Shown in pieces: positions 57,113 to 64,000 of a stretch of 64,000 nt of DNA (positions are counted from its first letter, which is position 1; the number at the start of each line of letters is the position of its first letter). The DNA comes from Coxiella endosymbiont of Dermacentor nuttalli (lineage in GTDB: Bacteria; Pseudomonadota; Gammaproteobacteria; Coxiellales; Coxiellaceae): contig JBGDBH010000001.1 of assembly GCA_048494595.1 (NCBI GenBank), forward strand, positions 214,939 through 278,938, given 5' to 3'. Made by a program: the position numbers and the translations under genes. The notes under the pieces were generated by a model. The model was not told the origin of the DNA, searched no databases, and saw only the letters and a program-made list of their open reading frames with translations.

Positions 57113-60100
57113 TTACCTCGTTTCTTTAGATTTGAACGCTGCGCTTAAAGCTTGTTCGGCCTCACTGACAGTCACACCTTTTTCCTCTCTGATTCCTTCT
57201 GTTCCTTTTTCTTTTCCCTTTTTATGCCGACGTTCTTGATGGTAACTAAATCCCGTTCCAGCAGGGATTAGCCGTCCAACAATCACATTTTCTTTGAGTC
57301 CTCGAAGATCATCGCGCTTACCACCTACAGAAGCAGCTGTCAATACACGAGTCGTTTCTTGGAAAGATGCGGCTGAGACAAAAGATTCGGTAGCTAAAGA
57401 AGCCTTCGTGATTCCCAGCAAAATGGGTTCCACTCTTGCCACGCAGCCATCTTTTTGAACAATTTTTTCATTCTGCTCTCGTACACGTGGGCGTTCTACC
57501 TGTTCATCTTTCAGGAATTCTGTCTCACCAGGATCGACGATCTTAACTTTACGTAACATCTGTCGGATGATCACTTCGATATGTTTATCGTTAATTTTTA
57601 CTCCTTGTAACCTATAGACTTCCTGTACTTCATTAACGATATAGTTCGCCATTGCATTTATTCCCAATAAGCGTAAGATGTCGTGTGGGTCCGGAGGACC
57701 GTCTGCGATTACTTCACCTTTTTCTACTGTTTCACCTTCAAAAACACTTACATGACGCCATTTTGGAATAAGTTCTTCGCGGGTAGTGCCATCTTGGGCA
57801 GTAATAATTAAACGACCTTTATCTTTAGTATCCTTACCAAAACTCACCACCCCAGAAATTTCTGCTAAAATAGCAGCATCTTTTGGCCGACGAGCTTCGA
57901 AAAGATCAGCTACTCTTGGTAATCCTCCTGTGATATCTCGCGTTTTTGAAGTTTCTTGAGGAATACGTGCAAGTACATCACCAATTTGGACTGTAGAACC
58001 ATCTTCTTTAGTAAGAATAGTCCCTTCTGGTAAGAAGTAATGTGCAGGAACTTTACCACTCGATAAAAAGAGATCATTATTATTTTTATCCATAAGTTTA
58101 ACCATTGGACGAAGTTCTTTACCCCCGATAGTACGTTGTTTGGTGGAGGTTACTACGATACTGCTAAGACCTGTCAACTCGTCTGTCTGTCGATTCATGG
58201 TTATACCATCTACTAAATCAACAAAACATAAAGTACCTGCTACTTCAGTAATAATGGGATGGGTATGAGGATCCCATTGAGCCACCATTTGTCCAAATTT
58301 CACAAAATCACCATTACGTACACTAATAGTTGCGCCATATGGAACCTTATAATGTTCACGTCCCCCGCCTTGAGGATTTTGTATCACTAATTCTCCTGAA
58401 CGGGAGACCGCAACTAAATTTCCGTTAGCTTGTTCAACTGTTTTTAAGTTGTGTAACTTAATTTTCCCAGCAGATTTTACTTCGATACTATTAGCAGTAG
58501 TTGCTCGAGAAGCAGCACCACCCATGTGAAATGTTCGCATAGTTAATTGAGTTCCTGGTTCACCAATCGATTGGGCTGCTATCACACCAATGGCTTCTCC
58601 CACATTTACTATGTGCCCACGGGCAAGATCACGTCCATAGCACATTGAACAAATACCATAAGCTGTCTCACAGGTAATCGCTGAGCGTACCATAACTTGA
58701 TCTACGCTGTGTTCTTCCAAGACGTCGACTAATTTTTCATCTAGAAGAATACCTGCGGCTATTAACTCTTTTTTGGACTTAAGATCGATAACCGGTTTCG
58801 CTAAAACTCGTCCTAAAACGCGCTCTCGGAGAGGTTCTACCACATCACCTCCATCGATATGTGACATCATCTCGATACCTTGATTGGTCTTACAATCATA
58901 TTCGGTGACAACTAAGTCTTGAGCGACATCAACGAGTCGTCGAGTTAAATATCCTGAATTTGCTGTCTTCAAAGCAGTATCGGCCAAACCCTTACGAGCA
59001 CCATGAGTAGAAATAAAGTATTGTAAAACATTTAACCCCTCGCGAAAATTAGCTGTTATAGGTGTTTCGATAATGGTACCATCAGGTCTTGCCATTAAAC
59101 CTCGCATCCCAGCTAACTGACGGATTTGCGCTGCAGAACCACGCGCTCCAGAATCAGACATCATGTAGATGGAATTAAAAGAACTTTGTATCACTTCTTT
59201 TCCTTGAGCGTCTTTTACTTTTTCCATAGCGATTTTTCCCAGCATCGCTTTAGCGACTTGATCATTAGTTCGTGACCAGATATCAATGACTTTATTGCGA
59301 TGCTCACCATAAGTTACTAATCCAAAAGCATACTGTTTTTGAATTTCTTGCACTTCTTCTTCAGCTCGAGAGATAATAGCTTCTTTTTCATCAGGAATTA
59401 CAAGATCGTTTATACCAATGGAAATACCTGAGTAAGTCGCATAACGGAAGCCTAAGTACATTAAATTATCTGCAAAAATGACGGTGGTCTTAAGACCTAA
59501 ATTTCGATAGCAAATATCCAATAACTTTGTGACTGCTTTTTTAGTCATTGGTTGATTAATTAGCGCAAAAGGTAGCCCTTTAGGAACAATCTGCCATAAC
59601 AAAACTCGTCCTACAGCGGTGGTAATTAGGCATTCACTCTCCCTTACATTATCTACCTCATCAAAAATACTCTCTTTAATTCGAACATCTATACATGCAT
59701 GTAAATCCACTTGCCCGTTTTCGTAAGCACGAACCACTTCATCCGTGTCTGCAAATTTCATTCCTTCGCCTTTTGCATTCACACGATCTCGAGTAATATA
59801 GTAAAGACCTAACACCACGTCATGAGTAGGAACAATAATCGGTTCGCCGTTCGCAGGGTGCAGAACATTGTTGGTGGACATCATTAATGAACGCGCCTCC
59901 AACTGTGATTCTAGAGTTAAAGGGATGTGTACAGCCATTTGGTCTCCATCGAAGTCCGCGTTGTAAGCCGTACAAACAAGTGGATGCAATTGAATTGCTT
60001 TTCCTTCCACCAATACTGGCTCAAATGCTTGAATACCTAAGCGATGCAAAGTGGGTGCTCGGTTCAACAAGATGGGATGCTCTCGAATAACTTCTTCAAG

Positions 60101-61333
60101 GATATCCCAGACTTCTGGAACCTCACTTTCCACCATCTTTTTAGATGCTTTAATGGTAGTCGCTAAACCTTGTCGCTGTAATTTACTAAAGATAAATGGT
60201 TTGAATAATTCCAATGCCATTTTCTTTGGCAAACCAGCTTGATGGAGTTTCAGAGTCGGCCCTACTACGATAACAGAACGGCCTGAATAATCCACACGCT
60301 TACCAAGAAGATTTTGACGAAAACGGCCGGATTTTCCTTTAATCATATCTGCTAAAGACTTTAAAGGTCGTCGGTTGGACCCTAAAATAGATCGCCCATG
60401 GCGTCCGTTATCCAATAAAGCATCTACGGCTTCTTGAAGCATTCGTTTTTCATTACGAACAATAATATCAGGTGCATTGAGATCTAATAGACGTTTTAAT
60501 CGATTATTTCGGTTAATCACTCGACGATAAAGGTCGTTTAAATCGGAAGTAGCAAAGCGCCCGCCATCTAATGGAACCAAGGGTCGTAAATCTGGAGGTA
60601 AAACAGGCAATACGGTTAATATCATCCACTCAGGCTTATTTCCGGATTCCAAAAACGCGCTCAAGACTTTAAGTCGCTTAGTAAGTTTCTTCAGTTTCGT
60701 TTCGGAAGCAGTAGTTGATATTTCTGTACGTAATGCTTCAACTTCTACAGAAACATCAATACCCTGTAACAGTCGTTGAATTGCTTCTGCACCCATAAAC
60801 GCTGTAAATTCATCACCGTATTCCTCTAATGCATCGAGATAAGCTTCTTCCGAAAGTAATTGACCCATCTCTAATTCCGTCATTCCAGGATCTACTACTA
60901 CGTACGCTTCAAAGTAAAGAATGCGTTCAATATCACGCAGAGTCATATCGAGCAGTAAACCAATACGGGAGGGTAATGATTTAAGATACCAAATATGAGC
61001 TACAGGTGAAGCTAGTTCGATGTGACCCATTCGATCTCGCCGTACTTTTGCCAAGGTCACTTCCACTCCACACTTTTCACAGATCACTCCACGATGCTTG
61101 AGGCGTTTATATTTTCCACATAAGCACTCATAGTCTTTAATAGGACCGAAAATTTTAGCGCAGAATAAACCATCGCGTTCAGGTTTGAAGGTTCGATAAT
61201 TGATGGTTTCAGGTTTTTTCACTTCGCTGTATGACCACGATCGAACCTCTTCTGGAGATGCCAGCCTGATGCGAAGCGCATCGAATTCAGCTGTGTGTTT
61301 TTCACTTTTTAGCTGTTTTAATAGGTCTCTCAA
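57113..61333 (-). CDS. rpoC: RNA polymerase beta' subunit
   Basis: 1406 aa with the Zn finger [20 protein letters not shown], the catalytic NADFDGD, and the trigger loop and bridge helix regions. Confidence 0.98.
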   Translation of the reverse strand: MRDLLKQLKSEKHTAEFDALRIRLASPEEVRSWSYSEVKKPETINYRTFKPERDGLFCAKIFGPIKDYECLCGKYKRLKHRGVICEKCGVEVTLAKVRRDRMGHIELASPVAHIWYLKSLPSRIGLLLDMTLRDIERILYFEAYVVVDPGMTELEMGQLLSEEAYLDALEEYGDEFTAFMGAEAIQRLLQGIDVSVEVEALRTEISTTASETKLKKLTKRLKVLSAFLESGNKPEWMILTVLPVLPPDLRPLVPLDGGRFATSDLNDLYRRVINRNNRLKRLLDLNAPDIIVRNEKRMLQEAVDALLDNGRHGRSILGSNRRPLKSLADMIKGKSGRFRQNLLGKRVDYSGRSVIVVGPTLKLHQAGLPKKMALELFKPFIFSKLQRQGLATTIKASKKMVESEVPEVWDILEEVIREHPILLNRAPTLHRLGIQAFEPVLVEGKAIQLHPLVCTAYNADFDGDQMAVHIPLTLESQLEARSLMMSTNNVLHPANGEPIIVPTHDVVLGLYYITRDRVNAKGEGMKFADTDEVVRAYENGQVDLHACIDVRIKESIFDEVDNVRESECLITTAVGRVLLWQIVPKGLPFALINQPMTKKAVTKLLDICYRNLGLKTTVIFADNLMYLGFRYATYSGISIGINDLVIPDEKEAIISRAEEEVQEIQKQYAFGLVTYGEHRNKVIDIWSRTNDQVAKAMLGKIAMEKVKDAQGKEVIQSSFNSIYMMSDSGARGSAAQIRQLAGMRGLMARPDGTIIETPITANFREGLNVLQYFISTHGARKGLADTALKTANSGYLTRRLVDVAQDLVVTEYDCKTNQGIEMMSHIDGGDVVEPLRERVLGRVLAKPVIDLKSKKELIAAGILLDEKLVDVLEEHSVDQVMVRSAITCETAYGICSMCYGRDLARGHIVNVGEAIGVIAAQSIGEPGTQLTMRTFHMGGAASRATTANSIEVKSAGKIKLHNLKTVEQANGNLVAVSRSGELVIQNPQGGGREHYKVPYGATISVRNGDFVKFGQMVAQWDPHTHPIITEVAGTLCFVDLVDGITMNRQTDELTGLSSIVVTSTKQRTIGGKELRPMVKLMDKNNNDLFLSSGKVPAHYFLPEGTILTKEDGSTVQIGDVLARIPQETSKTRDITGGLPRVADLFEARRPKDAAILAEISGVVSFGKDTKDKGRLIITAQDGTTREELIPKWRHVSVFEGETVEKGEVIADGPPDPHDILRLLGINAMANYIVNEVQEVYRLQGVKINDKHIEVIIRQMLRKVKIVDPGETEFLKDEQVERPRVREQNEKIVQKDGCVARVEPILLGITKASLATESFVSAASFQETTRVLTAASVGGKRDDLRGLKENVIVGRLIPAGTGFSYHQERRHKKGKEKGTEGIREEKGVTVSEAEQALSAAFKSKETR

Positions 61334-61353
61334 GACAGTTCTCCTGATTAACG

Positions 61354-64000
61354 TTAATCATTTTCTAAATTAATATCAATAGCTAACGAACGGATTTCTT
61401 TTATCAGAACGTTAAAGGATTCTGGCATACCAGCATCCATTCGGTGATTACCATCGACAATATTTTTATACATACGAGTACGACCAGTGACATCATCAGA
61501 TTTCACTGTCAACATTTCCTGCAAAGTATAAGCTGCTCCATAAGCTTCCAATGCCCAGACTTCCATTTCTCCAAACCGCTGTCCACCAAATTGAGCTTTA
61601 CCACCCAAAGGTTGCTGGGTTACAAGACTGTAAGAACCCGTAGAACGAGCGTGCATCTTATCGTCTACTAAATGGTTAAGCTTCAGCATATACATGTAAC
61701 CTACAGTGACAGCTCGGTCGAATTTTTTCCCGGTTCGCCCATCGTATAGATAAGTTTGTCCAGAAGTGGGAAGGTTCGCCATCTCTAATAAATTTTTTAT
61801 TTCTTCTTCTGTAGCTCCATCAAATACTGGTGATGCTATAGGCACACCCTTTCTCAGATTCTTAGCTAAAATTGTTATTTCTTTATCGTTTAAAGCCTCT
61901 AGATTAAATTTCTGTGTCTTACTCAAGTCATAAATGGACTTGAGAGTTTTACGCAATTGTTTTACGTTAGTACCTTGATCGATCAACTCACCAATTTTAA
62001 TACCTAAGCTCTTGGCAGCCCACCCCAAGTGGGTTTCAAGTACTTGACCAATATTCATTCGGGAAGGAACCCCTAAAGGGTTTAGTACGATATCTACCGG
62101 CGTTCCATCTTCTAAATAAGGCATATCTTCTGCTGAAACAATGGTAGAGATAACCCCTTTGTTTCCATGACGTCCTGCCATTTTATCGCCGGGTTGAATA
62201 CGGCGCTTAACCGCTAAGTAAACCTTCACTATCTTAATAACACCGGGTGCTAAATCACCACCTTGAGTCAATTTCTGATGAAAATCTTCGAGCTTTTCGT
62301 TACGTGCTTTATGAAGTTCCTCATAGTGTTCATGCGCAGCCTCGAGGCGTTTCGCCACATTTTTATCATGCAATCGTATTTCAAACCACTTTTGTCTGGG
62401 TAACAACCCTACCAAATAATCTTTACTAATTTTTATGCTTTTTGCCAATTTAAGTGGTTCGTCAATCACTGTTTGATCGATAAGAAGTTTTTCTAAGTTT
62501 CCAAATAAAGCATCTTCACGAACACGCAGCTGATCATTTAAATCTTTTTCCATTTTTATGAGTTCCGCTTTTTCAATTTCTAAAGCGCGTTCATCTTTTT
62601 TCACCCCTTCACGAGTAAAAATACGAACATCAATAACGGTTCCGGTAATTCCAGGAGTAACTCGCAAGGAAGTGTCTTTTACGTCTGATGCTTTTTCGCC
62701 AAAAATTGCTCGCAGTAATTTTTCCTCCGGTGTAAGCTGGGTTTCACCCTTAGGAGTTACCTTACCCACTAGAATATCACCTGGGCCCACTTCAGCTCCA
62801 ATATGTACAATGCCAGATTCATCTAATTTTATTAATGCACCCTCTCCGATATTCGGAATATCTGCTGTAATTTCCTCTGGGCCTAATTTAGTATCTCGGG
62901 CAATGCAGGTAAATTCCTGGATATGGATTGTTGTGAATCGATCTTTTTCTACTAATCGTTCGGAAATCAGAATGGAATCCTCAAAGTTATAACCATTCCA
63001 AGGCATAAAAGCTACTAGTAAATTCTGCCCTAACGCCAGCTCACCAATGTCTGTAGAAGGACCATCGGCCAACACATCTCCTTTTTGTACACGATCCCCG
63101 ATTTCCACAATAGGATATTGATTAATACAGGTGTTTTGATTGGAGCGAGTGAATTTAGTCAAATTGTAAATATCGACACCAATATCATCTTCATCCGCCT
63201 TCTCTAAATCTACCCGAACTACGATGCGTGCAGCATCAACGGAGTCCACAATACCGTTGCGTTTGGCAACTACAGTTACTCCAGAATCTACAGCTACAGT
63301 TCTCTCCATTCCAGTTCCTACGAGAGGCGTCTCTGGTTGAATTGTAGGTACTGCTTGACGTTGCATGTTAGAACCCATCAACGCTCGATTAGCATCATCA
63401 TGCTCTAGAAAAGGAATTAAGGCAGCAGCTACAGAAACGATTTGTCGCGGTGAAACATCTACGTAGTTTACCTTATCCGGTGTGGTTAAGGTAAATTCAC
63501 CTTTATAACGACATGAAATTAATTCATCTATCATACAACCATTTTTACTAACATTGGTATTTGCTTGCGCAATATAATAATCGCCTTCTTCAATCGCTGA
63601 TAAATATTCCGTTTCATCAGTAACTACTCCATCAACCACTTTTCGATATGGTGTTTCTAAAAAGCCATATTCATTTGCTCTAGCAAATACCGCTAATGAA
63701 TTAATTAAACCAATATTTGGCCCTTCAGGAGTCTCAATAGGACAGACTCGCCCATAATGAGTGGGATGCACATCCCGCACTTCAAAACCTGCTCGTTCAC
63801 GTGTTAGTCCACCCGGACCTAAAGCAGATACTCTGCGCTTATGGGTTATTTCAGATAATGGATTATTTTGATCCATAAATTGCGACAATTGACTTGAACC
63901 AAAAAATTCTTTCATCGCCGCTGACACAGGTTTTGCATTTACTAGATCTTGAGGCATCAAGTTTTCAATATCTGCCAAACTTAATCTATCCTTTACAGCC
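61354..64000 (-). CDS. rpoB: RNA polymerase beta subunit, C-terminal roughly 880 codons (5' end beyond the window)
   Basis: Track ORF begins at an internal TTG, but the frame stays open to position 64000 (..[58 protein letters not shown]). Confidence 0.97.
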   Translation of the reverse strand, partial: AVKDRLSLADIENLMPQDLVNAKPVSAAMKEFFGSSQLSQFMDQNNPLSEITHKRRVSALGPGGLTRERAGFEVRDVHPTHYGRVCPIETPEGPNIGLINSLAVFARANEYGFLETPYRKVVDGVVTDETEYLSAIEEGDYYIAQANTNVSKNGCMIDELISCRYKGEFTLTTPDKVNYVDVSPRQIVSVAAALIPFLEHDDANRALMGSNMQRQAVPTIQPETPLVGTGMERTVAVDSGVTVVAKRNGIVDSVDAARIVVRVDLEKADEDDIGVDIYNLTKFTRSNQNTCINQYPIVEIGDRVQKGDVLADGPSTDIGELALGQNLLVAFMPWNGYNFEDSILISERLVEKDRFTTIHIQEFTCIARDTKLGPEEITADIPNIGEGALIKLDESGIVHIGAEVGPGDILVGKVTPKGETQLTPEEKLLRAIFGEKASDVKDTSLRVTPGITGTVIDVRIFTREGVKKDERALEIEKAELIKMEKDLNDQLRVREDALFGNLEKLLIDQTVIDEPLKLAKSIKISKDYLVGLLPRQKWFEIRLHDKNVAKRLEAAHEHYEELHKARNEKLEDFHQKLTQGGDLAPGVIKIVKVYLAVKRRIQPGDKMAGRHGNKGVISTIVSAEDMPYLEDGTPVDIVLNPLGVPSRMNIGQVLETHLGWAAKSLGIKIGELIDQGTNVKQLRKTLKSIYDLSKTQKFNLEALNDKEITILAKNLRKGVPIASPVFDGATEEEIKNLLEMANLPTSGQTYLYDGRTGKKFDRAVTVGYMYMLKLNHLVDDKMHARSTGSYSLVTQQPLGGKAQFGGQRFGEMEVWALEAYGAAYTLQEMLTVKSDDVTGRTRMYKNIVDGNHRMDAGMPESFNVLIKEIRSLAIDINLEND

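Overview
The window is an AT-rich gammaproteobacterial chromosome segment. Protein sequences and gene order point to Legionellales. From memory, the order (thi operon, purD, dnaQ-rnhA, gloB, folD, htpG, porin, recG, spoT-rpoZ-gmk, rph, pyrE, algC-dut, rpmBG, coaD, folK-pcnB, yajR-like MFS-ssb, fabV, then rplQ through rpoB) resembles Coxiella burnetii. I could not verify this by search. I did not find a new multi-gene system: there is no CRISPR array, transposase, integrase, phage gene, toxin-antitoxin pair or defence cassette. The main signal is genome decay in place, as expected for a host-restricted or endosymbiotic lineage such as a Coxiella-like endosymbiont (inference).

Positions 1-36,200 hold intact housekeeping and cofactor genes: thiDGSOC, folD, folK, coaD, pyrE and others. 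Between them lie ORF-free AT-rich spacers of roughly 0.5-2.6 kb and clear pseudogenes. purD carries a single frameshift in an A11 tract. murI has at least four frameshifts plus stops. yicC, ridA and possibly radC survive only as relics in their ancestral syntenic positions.

Positions 39,600-64,000 hold a compact, intact alpha/spc/S10/str/rpoBC ribosomal supercluster with one exception. The tuf copy after fusA has lost its whole GTPase domain, and the remaining 219 codons lie in frame directly behind the fusA TAA stop.

Smaller observations:
- a possibly degenerate TPP riboswitch ahead of thiC
- a tRNA-Glu with anticodon CUC
- a cluster of perfect hairpins in the largest gene desert
- two GC-rich G8/C8 islands in inverted orientation flanking htpG
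- insertions in ribosomal proteins S7 and L33
- CxxC...CxxH ligands in a long-form S14
- small tandem duplications upstream of marC

All calls come from reading and translating the sequence by eye. No homology search, covariance model or folding program was run.
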